This document shows positions 31,115-41,200 of a DNA stretch of 64,000 nucleotides, in pieces. The stretch comes from Vulcanimicrobiota bacterium (GTDB lineage Bacteria; Vulcanimicrobiota; Vulcanimicrobiia; Vulcanimicrobiales; Vulcanimicrobiaceae). Below the pieces are notes generated by a model. The model did not search any database, was not told where the DNA came from, and saw only the letters and a list, made by a program, of their open reading frames with translations. The DNA is taken from NCBI GenBank assembly GCA_963714015.1, contig OY970223.1, positions 2,560,001-2,624,000 on the forward strand, in the 5' to 3' direction. Position 1 is the stretch's first letter. Each line of letters begins with the position of its first letter. The position numbers were made by a program, and so were the translations under genes.

Positions 31115-32786
31115 AAGCGCGCGCCTTAGCCGTTGCTCTGGTTCTGTCATTCGGCGCTACCGCATGCGGCGGCGGTTCATCAAAAGTCGCCGGACTTCCA
31201 CCGACCGGCTCGAATTCCGGCCAAACGACGAAGACCCAGTTCGTTATTCATTGGCCCGCAAAGAAAGGCCAATCCAACGCCCGTAAGCGCCAGAGCGTTT
31301 CACCATCCGCGCTCAGCATCTCCGTCACGGTGAACTCCGGTACTCCGCAAGTCGCAAACAATCCCGGCGGCGGTACATCGGCGATTCCGATTGACGCGCC
31401 CATCGGTACCGATACGTTCGTAATCAAGGCCTGGGACCAGCCGAACGGACAGGGGAACCTTCTGGACGCAGCCACCGTCTCGCAGCTAATCGTTGCCAAT
31501 TCGACGAATACGGTGAGCGCCGCACTCGACGGCGTCTGTGCCGCACTTTTGGTGGAACCCGTTCCAAATCAACCGTTCCTGGAAACGACCACAGCCCAAA
31601 TAAGTCTCCCGAACGATCAGCAGCAGTCCATCGTAACGGCTCTGCGTCTCGTTGGGACCCAACCGGAGAGCTTCACCGTGACGCCGGTGGATGCGGACGG
31701 CAACGCGTTCCTTTCCTCGGGCGGTCAACCGGTGATTACGGTAGCAGAAAGCGGCGGCGTCTCACACGTCGGCATTTCGTCCGCGCAGTCGGGCGGCGTC
31801 ACGACATTTACGCTGACGCCGAAGATCGGCGAGCCCAGCGGCGAAACGACTACCCTGAGCGCAACCTCGTCACAGTGCGGCAGCGGAACGCCGTGGGCGC
31901 CCAATTCCGTTTCGCTGAACGTCATCGGAGCCGTTTACGTCGGCGATACTGATTCGGTATTTGCCTTCGATCAGGACGGCAACGCGATTACGTCGGTAAA
32001 CACGGGATACCCCCTCACCGGTGTCGCATGGGATGCAACGCACGGGCAACTGGACGTCGTCACGAGCAGCGGACCGACCAGCGGATTCGGTCAGCTCTTC
32101 GTGTACAGCCCGGCACTGGTTCAGACGGCGACCGGCGCGTTCAACGTGACCGTTTTGAAGGCTGCGAAGAAAACGTGCAACGCGCTCGCGCAGATTGCCG
32201 TGCAGCCTCCCTCGGGCAACATTCTGGCGGCATGCACGTCGTCCAGCCCGGGAACCAATAGCGGGTTCGTTCGCGTCGTCAGCGTCAGCGTCAGCGCGGG
32301 CGTCGCAACAACGACCGACATCACGCCGGCAGCGCCCAAGTGGACCGACGGTGGAACGGCACTGTACGATCCGGGCGACATCTTGGTCGAGCCGAACGGC
32401 AATGTTTTGGTTGGGGACCTTCAGACAAGCGGCTACTATTTCGACCCCAACGGCAACTACTTGAATTCAACATATAGCGATTGGACAAGTGCTGTATGGG
32501 ACTCCGAATCGAGCACCGTTTGGGCAGTAATTAACAATCGAATAGCGAGTACGTCTATCAGCTCACTGCAAACGGGGACACGATTGTCAACGACTGGTCT
32601 GTAAGTGGATTGCAGGATCTGCTGGCGTTCGATCCGGCCAACCAGTATCTTTACTCCCTTGCGAGCAACGGCAGCGCTGCGGTTTATGCACCAAACCAAG
32701 CCACATACGGCACGTTACCCGTAGTCACTGTACCGGGTTCGTTTACCGGCTTAGCGGCGCCCGTGGAAGAAACTTCGACGTTGTAG
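31111..32786 (+). CDS. Large lipoprotein, beta-sandwich plus propeller-like; frameshift near 32535
   Basis: FGATAC-GGG lipobox; the shifted frame continues EYVYQLTANG...LLAFDPANQYLY to TAG at 32786. Confidence 0.78.
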
Positions 32787-32793
32787 ACTCCGC

Positions 32794-32826
32794 AACGGGA
32801 GGCAGATTCGATTCTGCCTCCCGTTT
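32794..32826 (+). terminator. Intrinsic terminator
   Basis: AACGGGAGGCAGA-ttcgat-TCTGCCTCCCGTT, 13-bp stem just after 32786. Confidence 0.8.
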
Positions 32827-32906
32827 CGTCCGGCGCTATTCGGGCGACGCGCCGATCGCCGCCGGAATGGTCGCAGTATGCGCATCCCGAACCACTCGGC
32901 GCACCA

Positions 32907-33347
32907 ATGAACAAACGGAATCTCAAGCCGGCTGGACGAGAACCGGAGCCGAAAGTGCCGGCAGATCTCAGCAAAGCGCTCGCCGGCGATCCGGCCGCAA
33001 AGAACAAATGGCGCGATCTTACGCCTATTGCGCGTAGAGATTTCATTTCGTGGATAGATGCCGCTAAACAGCCGGAAACTCGCAAGCGCCGGATCCGAAT
33101 CGCATGCTCGAAACTTGAAGCGGGGCAACGGCGCCCGTGCTGCTACTCAATCGTCCCACTCGATCTTCACAAGGCGTTGGCGGCTGCACCGAAAGCGAAG
33201 GCAAAGTGGAGCGGGCTTACGCCGACCGAGCGCAGGGACTTGATCGGTTGGATAGAGTCAGCGAAAGAGCGTGCAGATCGCAGCGGCCGAATCGAGGAAG
33301 CCTGCGTGACGCTGGCGACCGGAAAAACCATCAAGCACCGCCCCTAA
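32907..33347 (+). CDS. YdeI/OmpD-associated family protein (two tandem domains)
   Basis: VPADLSKAL..W.DLTP..RRDFISWI..AKQPETRKRRI, repeated twice. Confidence 0.88.
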   Translation: MNKRNLKPAGREPEPKVPADLSKALAGDPAAKNKWRDLTPIARRDFISWIDAAKQPETRKRRIRIACSKLEAGQRRPCCYSIVPLDLHKALAAAPKAKAKWSGLTPTERRDLIGWIESAKERADRSGRIEEACVTLATGKTIKHRP

Positions 33348-33463
33348 TAATGCGCTTAGCGCATCAATGAAGTTACGCCGAACCCCGGCGCCGCCCGTGC
33401 GGCGCATGCGGATAAATGCGAATTGAAGCAGGCCGAAGATCCTTTCGGGGCGCACTATCAAGC

Positions 33464-34975
33464 ATGAGCCGGCTGCGTTGCTGTGCCGTCATGATTTGCT
33501 GCTTTTTGGCAGCGACGGCGACCGCGCGCGCCCAGTCGCAACTTGCAGCGGTCCGCGTTCAGCCGGGATCGGGCGGCAATACGTTGGTCACGCTCACTTT
33601 CGCCGGCCCCGTCCCGCCGGGTTGGCACATCAATGGAATGGGCACGCAAGACGTTACCGTAGTCTTGCCGTTGACGTCGGTCTCTCCGCAAGTATCGCGG
33701 CTGTCTTACGCAGGTTCGGGGTCCGTCAATTCCATTCGACTGAGCGCCGCGCCAAGCGAGGTTGACGTGCTCATCGATCTCAATTCGCCGGTCCCCGTCT
33801 TCGGTGCGACCGCGCCCAACTCGATCTCGGTGATCGTCGCGCCCGCTCAAAAAGCAGCGACCCCTACACCCCGCGCGCCCGCCGCGCCGAAGGCGCGCGC
33901 CTCGCAACCCGGAGCCGCCGCCTATGTCGTGGTTCCGCTCAAGTATGCGGACATCAGCGAGGTTGTCGGCATTTTGGTTCAAGGGCAGTCGATTACGCCG
34001 AACGATACGTTTCAGCCGTCGGGATCGATCTTCAGCCTTCCCACGTCAACCGGATCGAATGCCGGGCCCGTCTATCAAAACGCGCCCGTCACCGCCTCGC
34101 AGCCCGAGAGCTTCGGCGAACGAATCAACGACAACGTCGCGGTGGATCGCCGTTTGAACGCGATCATTTTGTCGGGGACACCGGAGCAAGTCGCGCAGAT
34201 GCAAGCGGAAATTGCGCAGATCGACGTACCGCTGCCGAGCGTCATGCTTTCCTGCGAGATCGTGGAACTCACCCAGACCGCGGCGCACGATCTGGGCTTG
34301 GATTTGACGAGCGGCGGCCCGGGCACGCCGATAGGCACCGCCGGCGGTACCTTGACGTCGGGAGCGCTTCCGGCATTCCGCGCCGACTTTCAGGCAAGCC
34401 TCTTCGCCACCATCGCTCATGGCGGAGGACAGATTTTGGCGACGCCTCGCATCGTCGCGCTGAACGGCACGCCGGCGCAGATCTTAACCGGAGACGCGCT
34501 GCCGATCGTCTCCACCACGATCTATCCGGGACCTCCGACGATCACGCAGCAGAACGTGAACTACATCGCCGTTGGAATCAACCTGCAAATCCAGCCCCGA
34601 ATATCCAGCGACCACTTCGTCACCTCGCACATCTTCGCCGAAGTCTCGAGCGTTACGGCGTATGTGCCGACCCAGCAAGGCAACGTTCCGCAAATCAGTC
34701 TGCGCCAGGCGACGACCATGGCAACCGTAACCGACGGCCAGCCTTTCGTCATAGGCGGTTTGTTACAGGAAGAAGAGATTCAAAATCTCGCAAAGATTCC
34801 CGGCATCGGCGATTTGCCGCTCATCGGCGGACTCTTCCGTGTGCGGCACGATACGGAAACTCACACCAATTTGTACATTCTCATAACGCCGCACATCATC
34901 GATCCGGCTGCAGGCCCCCCTCCGGTCCCCGCGTTGCCTCAGCCCCGAGTTCCGGGTCCGACCCCGATTCCGTAA
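33464..34975 (+). CDS. Secretin (GspD/PilQ-like outer-membrane channel)
   Basis: VDRRLNAIILSG, ILATPRI, VIGGLLQ, KIPGIGDLPLIGGLFR, LYILITPHII. Confidence 0.9.
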   Translation: MSRLRCCAVMICCFLAATATARAQSQLAAVRVQPGSGGNTLVTLTFAGPVPPGWHINGMGTQDVTVVLPLTSVSPQVSRLSYAGSGSVNSIRLSAAPSEVDVLIDLNSPVPVFGATAPNSISVIVAPAQKAATPTPRAPAAPKARASQPGAAAYVVVPLKYADISEVVGILVQGQSITPNDTFQPSGSIFSLPTSTGSNAGPVYQNAPVTASQPESFGERINDNVAVDRRLNAIILSGTPEQVAQMQAEIAQIDVPLPSVMLSCEIVELTQTAAHDLGLDLTSGGPGTPIGTAGGTLTSGALPAFRADFQASLFATIAHGGGQILATPRIVALNGTPAQILTGDALPIVSTTIYPGPPTITQQNVNYIAVGINLQIQPRISSDHFVTSHIFAEVSSVTAYVPTQQGNVPQISLRQATTMATVTDGQPFVIGGLLQEEEIQNLAKIPGIGDLPLIGGLFRVRHDTETHTNLYILITPHIIDPAAGPPPVPALPQPRVPGPTPIP

Positions 34976-34980
34976 GCGCA

Positions 34981-35010
34981 CAAAAGGCGCCCCCTTAAGA
35001 GCGCCCTTTG
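34981..35010. terminator. Hairpin between convergent genes
   Basis: CAAAAGGCGC-N10-GCGCCCTTTG. Confidence 0.55.
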
Positions 35011-35027
35011 ACACTAAGCCGCTAGAC

Positions 35028-36308
35028 CTATTTGTGCAGCTTGAGTTTTATCGGACGGCGCGGGCTTGGCCGGACCGTCTTCACCGCCGAGCGAGGCTCG
35101 AACGCACGCTCGAACGCGGGCGTCATCTCAGTCATATGCTCGTTCGAATAGCCGAGCCGCGTCGCATAGACGTGATAGTCGAAAGCGATCGAACTGCGGC
35201 CGCCCTGCATTTCACGCACGGTGAACCATCCGGAACTCTTCTGAGCGACGTAGAGGCCGCGCGTATCGCCGTCCGGTGTCAGCATGACCTGATACGGACC
35301 CTCGATCGAGCGCGCAAAGGCCGGATTCAAAGCAACTTGCGCCGTGCCCATCGATAAGCGCGCGGTTCCGTTGTCTTCGATGCCCGGGCTGGTCGACTGC
35401 GTCCCGTAGCTTCTGGCGACGTTGCCGTCTCGGGTGCGCGAGAACTGGTTGAGCGAGCCATGGTAGAACACGTCGCCGTTTCCGTCTACGAAGAACAGAT
35501 CGTTATTGCTGGTATCGGTCAAAACCAGTGGATACGTTCCCGATCCGGAGGGCGCGCGCGAGATGAGCCCGATGTATTGCCCGTACATTTCGACGCCGTC
35601 GCCTTGCGGGCTCGACCCGTTGTTTTCGAATCGCCCGGCGAGCTGACCGCTCGTAAACGAGTCGACGCCTTCTCCGGCCTCGTTGGACACCGCTTCGATT
35701 GCCGGATAACCGTTCGAGCAACCGCCCCCGCAGCCGTTCTGCGCGTAGATGGCGCTAGCGGAGTCGGAGTAGATGTCCGCGCCGTCAGCGCTTGCTCCAA
35801 GCGAATAGATTCCCGCTACGCCGGCATTCGGCGTGGAGGCGTAGAGTCCAAAATTTGCGCCCTGGCCGTAGACTCCGGCGCTGCCGCTGCTATTGATGCC
35901 TTCGACGGCTATGTCGTTCGTGCTGTAGCCGTACACGCCGGCATTATTAACGGATAGACCCTGCACGCCGAAGGCGTTGTTCGTTGCGGTGCCGAGCACT
36001 GCCGTATGTGTAGAATTGGACGTCGCGGTCGCGGCATAAAGCGCGGCTGTACCGTTTGTGGTCCGTGCCTCGACGCCATAGCCTGAAGCGGAGGTGCCTG
36101 AGACGCCTTGTCCGCTGCTCGTGTTCTTGCCGCCGGTGCACGCCGTCGATGTCGTGCTGCAGGTGACGATAGAAAATGCCTGAGCGATCGCCTTGCTGTT
36201 GAAGACCGCAAAAATTGCAAGCAACAGCAGCGGTATCGCTAATCCGGCTGCAGCCATTCGGAGAACGGGCCGTACTGCTTCCTTGCGGCCCTGTGGACGT
36301 TTCATCAT
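35028..36308 (-). CDS. Secreted Gly/Ser/Asn-rich beta-repeat protein with globular C-terminal domain
   Basis: Signal peptide; repeats of GVxGxS/GVYG; C-terminal YQVMLTPDGDTRGLYV...FDYHV. Confidence 0.75.
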   Translation of the reverse strand: MMKRPQGRKEAVRPVLRMAAAGLAIPLLLLAIFAVFNSKAIAQAFSIVTCSTTSTACTGGKNTSSGQGVSGTSASGYGVEARTTNGTAALYAATATSNSTHTAVLGTATNNAFGVQGLSVNNAGVYGYSTNDIAVEGINSSGSAGVYGQGANFGLYASTPNAGVAGIYSLGASADGADIYSDSASAIYAQNGCGGGCSNGYPAIEAVSNEAGEGVDSFTSGQLAGRFENNGSSPQGDGVEMYGQYIGLISRAPSGSGTYPLVLTDTSNNDLFFVDGNGDVFYHGSLNQFSRTRDGNVARSYGTQSTSPGIEDNGTARLSMGTAQVALNPAFARSIEGPYQVMLTPDGDTRGLYVAQKSSGWFTVREMQGGRSSIAFDYHVYATRLGYSNEHMTEMTPAFERAFEPRSAVKTVRPSPRRPIKLKLHK

Positions 36309-36417
36309 TATGAGGTTCCTTTTCTGACTGTTGATGCCGGAATACTAGCACGTGCACGTCCCGCGAACGTCCGCCGGCGGAACTATCAGAAATGTGAGAA
36401 CCAAAGGGCCCATGCCG

Positions 36418-36981
36418 CTACAGATGCTGGAGCAGTCCGACGGCCTCCAATGCCCGGGGATCGGAAAAATCGACGGCCAGTTCGCCGATAATTGCCGGCA
36501 CAGACGTCACCGTCACTCCGGTCTGCACCATACGATGGACCGAAGCTTTCTCGCTGCGTTCGGATGCTCCGTTGGAAGCGTCGAGCACCAGTTGCGCTTC
36601 GTACCCGCGCTCCTTTGCGCCCAGTGCCGCCCGCTGAGCGGCGATTTCCGTAATGATCCCCGCGATCAGAATAGTACTGCGTCCGGTGGAGTCGATTGCA
36701 CTACGAATTGCAGCATCGTCGAATGAATTCGTCGTTTGCCGCACGTGAATCGTCGCATCGTCACCGGCCACGCCGCGAAGGGCATGGGTAAGTTTCGGTG
36801 GACCATTCATCGCGATTCCACTAAAGACGATCGGAATGCCGAATAGCTTCGAGACGCTCGCCAGTGCGGCAACCGCTTTGTCGACGGACTTCGCAGGTGC
36901 GGTCCGCCCCATTTCGGCGATGCCTTCCTGGTGATCGACCAGAAGCAGGACGGCGCGCGTGGAAAGATCGTTCAAACTCAT
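36418..36981 (-). CDS. Isochorismatase family hydrolase (YcaC-like)
   Basis: LLLVDHQEG, RQTTNSFD, IAGIITEIA; the usual catalytic Cys appears to be Ala. Confidence 0.85.
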   Translation of the reverse strand: MSLNDLSTRAVLLLVDHQEGIAEMGRTAPAKSVDKAVAALASVSKLFGIPIVFSGIAMNGPPKLTHALRGVAGDDATIHVRQTTNSFDDAAIRSAIDSTGRSTILIAGIITEIAAQRAALGAKERGYEAQLVLDASNGASERSEKASVHRMVQTGVTVTSVPAIIGELAVDFSDPRALEAVGLLQHL

Positions 36982-37301
36982 GCGAGCGTTGTACCGCTAC
37001 ACCGGGCGCCCTACTCGCGAGACCCGCTACCGAGCAGCGGTGCCGTTGCTCGTTGGGTGTGAGTCCGGCACACCAAGCAGCAAACGAAGCCCGCCACTAG
37101 GATCGTACAGTCAGCTTGAGGTGCGCTTTGTATAGGCCGAAGTTGGCGCTTCGCTTCTGCTCGCCTTCCCAATGATGTACGCCTCGCCGGCACGGACATT
37201 ACTATTCGTGCCTGCGGGATGCGGCATCGCGAGCGTGCCGGCCGAATCCGGCGCGAAATCATGACACTGCCTGTCATGTTTCTTCTGCTAAAAAGTTAAG
37301 T

Positions 37302-37643
37302 ATGAGCGGAATGATGAACTTAACGCATATCGGAGGACGCGCGCTCGATAGCGATCAGCGCGCGGCCCTCGGCCGCTTTGTCGACGACCTTGCCGACGTG
37401 CTTCGGGGTTCGGGTGTGGGCTCCGAACGGTTCGACCGTACGCTGGGATCGCTCAGTGCCGCATACCATGCCGCACTCATGACCGGTAAATGGCACGTCG
37501 TCGTGGCAATTCTCACCGAAACGCTCGACGATCTCGTCGAGCACCAGCCGGTAATCAGGGTTTCGGCCGCATTCCGGCGCCTGCGCGCAATTGTCCGCGA
37601 AAACTTGGATCTGCTTCCGTCGGAGATGCTGCGGCTGGCCTAA
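37302..37643 (+). CDS. Hypothetical protein
   Basis: 113-aa helical ORF with host-like codon usage. Confidence 0.55.
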   Translation: MSGMMNLTHIGGRALDSDQRAALGRFVDDLADVLRGSGVGSERFDRTLGSLSAAYHAALMTGKWHVVVAILTETLDDLVEHQPVIRVSAAFRRLRAIVRENLDLLPSEMLRLA

Positions 37644-37723
37644 CGCCCGCGCTCGCGGACGAATAGTAGTCTCGTCATCAGCGGACACGAGGCGAGCACA
37701 ATCGCCGCAAGGAACGTTGCCGC

Positions 37724-38635
37724 GTGCCGGAATTTCCCGACATCACCGCGTACATCGCCGCTCTGCAAGAACGCGTCGCCGGACGAAAGCTCTTGAGCGT
37801 GCGGATTGCGAACACGTTCTTTTTGCGCACGGCGCGGCCACCGATTTCCGATGCAACGGGGCGAACCGTTTGCGAGATCCGCCGCATCGGCAAGCGCATC
37901 GCCATCGGCCTCGACGGCGAGCTCTGGCTCGTCCTGCACTTGATGATCGCCGGGCGCCTGCATTGGAAAGAAGCCGGCGCAAAATTGGCCGGACGCAACA
38001 GTTTGGCGGCGTTCGACTTTGAGAACGGAACGCTTACCGTCACCGAAGCCGGCACCAAGCACCGCGCGTCGCTGCACGTCCTGGACGGAGAGGCGGCACT
38101 GCGCGCGCTCGATCCCGGCGGGATCGAGGTGTTCGCCGTCGGTATCGACGCTTTCCGTAACGCGCTGTCGGCCGAAAATCGCACGCTGAAACGAGCCCTG
38201 ACCGATCCGCGCGTAATCAGCGGCGTGGGCAACGCCTATTCGGACGAGATTCTGCATGCGGCGCAGCTTTCGCCCGTCGCGCTGACCCGCAAGCTGAACG
38301 ATGACGAGTGGAGGCGCCTCTTTGACGCCGCGCGCGAAACTCTGGCGCTTTGGAGCGATCGCCTCCGCGACGAAGCCCAGGGGCAATTTCCGGAGCATGT
38401 TACTGCTTTTCACGACCGGATGGCCGTGCACGGCCGGTACGGAAAGCCGTGTCCGCGTTGCGGCGAACGCGTATTGCGCATTCGCTATGCGGACAACGAA
38501 ACCAACTATTGCGCCCGTTGCCAAACCGGCGGCAAAATACTGGCGGACCGATCGCTCTCGCGTCTGTTGGGCCACGATTGGCCTCGCACCCTTGAAGAAC
38601 TCGAGAATCTCAGGCCATCCCGGCATCGATCTTAG
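37724..38635 (+). CDS. Fpg/Nei family DNA glycosylase
   Basis: N-terminal PEFPD, LHLMIAG, GVGNAYSDEIL, C4 zinc finger. Confidence 0.93.
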   Translation: MPEFPDITAYIAALQERVAGRKLLSVRIANTFFLRTARPPISDATGRTVCEIRRIGKRIAIGLDGELWLVLHLMIAGRLHWKEAGAKLAGRNSLAAFDFENGTLTVTEAGTKHRASLHVLDGEAALRALDPGGIEVFAVGIDAFRNALSAENRTLKRALTDPRVISGVGNAYSDEILHAAQLSPVALTRKLNDDEWRRLFDAARETLALWSDRLRDEAQGQFPEHVTAFHDRMAVHGRYGKPCPRCGERVLRIRYADNETNYCARCQTGGKILADRSLSRLLGHDWPRTLEELENLRPSRHRS

Positions 38636-38684
38636 GGCGCGCGGTTGCACGAATAACTCCCGCGCCTAAGCGCCGCAGGCCCGG

Positions 38685-39284
38685 TCATTCCACGGTGTAG
38701 ACCTGCCCCGTCTGCGCCCCCTCGACGCTTTTACTGTACGCAAGCGCGACGCGTTTGACCGGCACCGCGTCGAACCCGCGAAAGTACGCGCCGAATTCGC
38801 CCATCGATTCGGCCACGACTGTCGGACTGACGGCATTGATACGTTGACCCGCAGGCAGCTCCAGCGCTGCCGAGCGCACGAAGCTCTCGAGTGCGCCGTT
38901 CACCATCGACGCGCTGGAACCGTACCGGATGGGATCCCGGCTGAGCGTCCCTGCGGTTAAAGTAATCGATCCCCCCGGATTCAGAAGCTCCCGAGCCGCG
39001 ATCACCAGATGAACTTGTCCCATCAGCTTGTCGCCCAACCCGATCGCGAAGTGCTCGGGCGTCATCTCTGCGAGCGGTCCAAAATGCACGCTGCCCGCAG
39101 CGCAAACAACGGCGTCGACGCTTCCGGCCGCCTGAAGCAGTTCGCGGACGCTTTGTAAGTCGGCGATGTTGACGCGCCTGTCGCCATGCGTCCTGCCCGC
39201 CGTGACGATCTCATGCCGGGGCCGAAGCTCTTCAACGACCGCTTTACCTATGGTGCCGTTCGCACCGATGACGAGAATCTTCAT
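38685..39284 (-). CDS. Short-chain dehydrogenase
   Basis: MKILVIGANGTIG, DKLMGQV, RINAVSP. Confidence 0.9.
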   Translation of the reverse strand: MKILVIGANGTIGKAVVEELRPRHEIVTAGRTHGDRRVNIADLQSVRELLQAAGSVDAVVCAAGSVHFGPLAEMTPEHFAIGLGDKLMGQVHLVIAARELLNPGGSITLTAGTLSRDPIRYGSSASMVNGALESFVRSAALELPAGQRINAVSPTVVAESMGEFGAYFRGFDAVPVKRVALAYSKSVEGAQTGQVYTVE

Positions 39285-39306
39285 GACCCTCGTCAACTCG
39301 ACGCGG

Positions 39307-40236
39307 TCAGCCGGGGTTGCGGACGGCGTGTTTGCGCAGCTGGCCGTAGATAAGCCACGCAAAGGCGGCCGCGAGTAACAGATAGGGAGCGAAGAGCAGC
39401 AGCCACAGGCCGAATGCCATGAGCGCAATCGTGAATTGCGAGACGGAGTGCACCGCTCTTGCCCAGGCATTAGCCAGCTGGGCGCGCCAGGTTGGTTCCA
39501 CCGCCGCAGGCGCAAGCTCGGTCTGCACGTCCAGTTCGATCGTGGCGTAGACCACCCGATTTTTCATCGAAGCCAACTCGGACTCAAGCGTTTCGATCTG
39601 CTCGCGAACTTCGGAGAGCTGGTTCTCCGCGTCCATCACTTGGCTGACGCTCCCCGACCGATCCATGATGGCGCGAATGTCGGACTCAGTTTGACGAAGA
39701 TTGCGCAGCCTTGCTCCCGAGTCGGTAATATCCGAGGTCAAATCTTCCGCGCTTACCGAACGTTCCCGCACTTTACCGATTGCCGCCACGGAATCCATCG
39801 CCTGGTCGAAGCGGCTCTCGGGAATGCGCAGACTCATCTGCGCGGACGCTCCCGAATCTCCGTCTTGATGAGAGAGATCCAGCGAGAACACGTCTCCCGC
39901 ATTTCGCTTCGCGAGTCGCGATAACGCTGAAACCGCTGAGTCGACGTTCCCCACGTACAGGCTCAGCTTGCCGACTCGCGCGATCTGCGGAACGTTCGGC
40001 GAGGCCGGCGCCGGCGCAGCGGATGCGGAGGGCGTCAGAGCATCGACCTTCAGCGCAGGCTGCTGAAGGCCGGAATACAGAGGCGATCCAACCATCGCGC
40101 GCTGCGCATTTTGAGGTTGGTTCTGTCCGCTTTCCACGCCGGGCAGCTTGGAGGCGGCGAGGCTTCCCAATACCAGCACGATCGCTGCCGCGCCCACCAC
40201 CGCTACGACCGGATTTTCCAAGACACGATAACGCAT
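39307..40236 (-). CDS. DUF4349 domain protein
   Basis: LRIPESRFD, EDLTSDITD..ARL.NL, coiled coil, C-terminal TM. Confidence 0.85.
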   Translation of the reverse strand: MRYRVLENPVVAVVGAAAIVLVLGSLAASKLPGVESGQNQPQNAQRAMVGSPLYSGLQQPALKVDALTPSASAAPAPASPNVPQIARVGKLSLYVGNVDSAVSALSRLAKRNAGDVFSLDLSHQDGDSGASAQMSLRIPESRFDQAMDSVAAIGKVRERSVSAEDLTSDITDSGARLRNLRQTESDIRAIMDRSGSVSQVMDAENQLSEVREQIETLESELASMKNRVVYATIELDVQTELAPAAVEPTWRAQLANAWARAVHSVSQFTIALMAFGLWLLLFAPYLLLAAAFAWLIYGQLRKHAVRNPG

Positions 40237-40316
40237 TTGCGATCGTAACGCTTGCCGGCGTTGCGGCTGTGACGAAAGGGAGAAATGGAATGAGGCAGAA
40301 CGTTTACAGTCCAGAT

Positions 40317-41190
40317 ATGAGAGCGAGCTTTCGTGCCGCAGTCTATCTGGCCGCAACGCTGACCGCGTTTGCTCTATCGTCGTCGAATGGGATCGCATCG
40401 CGCGATCCCATTTCTCTTTCGGCGCTGGCTCCGGCGGATGAGTATTTCGGACGGCAAAAGCTCAGCCCGCTGGGGATCCGTCACGAGATATACACGCTCA
40501 AAGACGACCTCCACCACGCGCGAGAGCAGCCCGATTCCATACAGAACAAGGCGAATTTGATCGAAGACGCAGTGGACGACTGGGCGGCGCGTTTCCCCCA
40601 AGATCCGTGGCTTCCGTCGGCTGCTTGGCAGCTTGCAACGCTGTTCGAAGAACTTCCAGGCGTCGAAGCGCACGAGCACGCGATCGTCGTTTTGCAGCTG
40701 GTCAAGGACAAGTTTCCCGAAACGTCCTTTGCGGCCGATGCACAGCGCGATCTGAGCCGCGGCGTCGGCATCCGGCCGTGGCCGCACTGGGCCATTGCGC
40801 AAGCTGAAATCTTCGGCATCGCCTGCGGCGCATGGATCGGCGTTACCTACGTCGACCTCCTCGCCTTCACCATCTCCCGAGATCGCCGTGAACGACTCGC
40901 AGTCGCTGGTTCGCGCCATTCTGGGCGCGAATGCGACCCCGGATCCGCAACGAGCGTCGTACGTAGATCAGTTGGCCGACAAATTTTGGAGTCTCTCCCA
41001 CGGCGGGACGGATGCAGCCTATGCGCGCGCCGCCTGGGAGCTCGCGACACAATACGAACGCCTCCCCGGCCAGGACTCCAGAACGCAGGCCATTCGTTTT
41101 CTGGCGTTACTCGTGGACCGATATCCTCAGCAGATCTTCGGGAAGTGGGCACTGCGCGACTTGGAGCGCGGCATCGGTGAACGTTCCTAA
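40317..41190 (+). CDS. Secreted helical-repeat protein with internal duplication; frameshift near 40800
   Basis: AAWQLATLFEELPG..RDLSRGVG recurs as AAWELATQYERLPG..RDLERGIG. Confidence 0.7.
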
Positions 41191-41200
41191 GAAGGACGGA

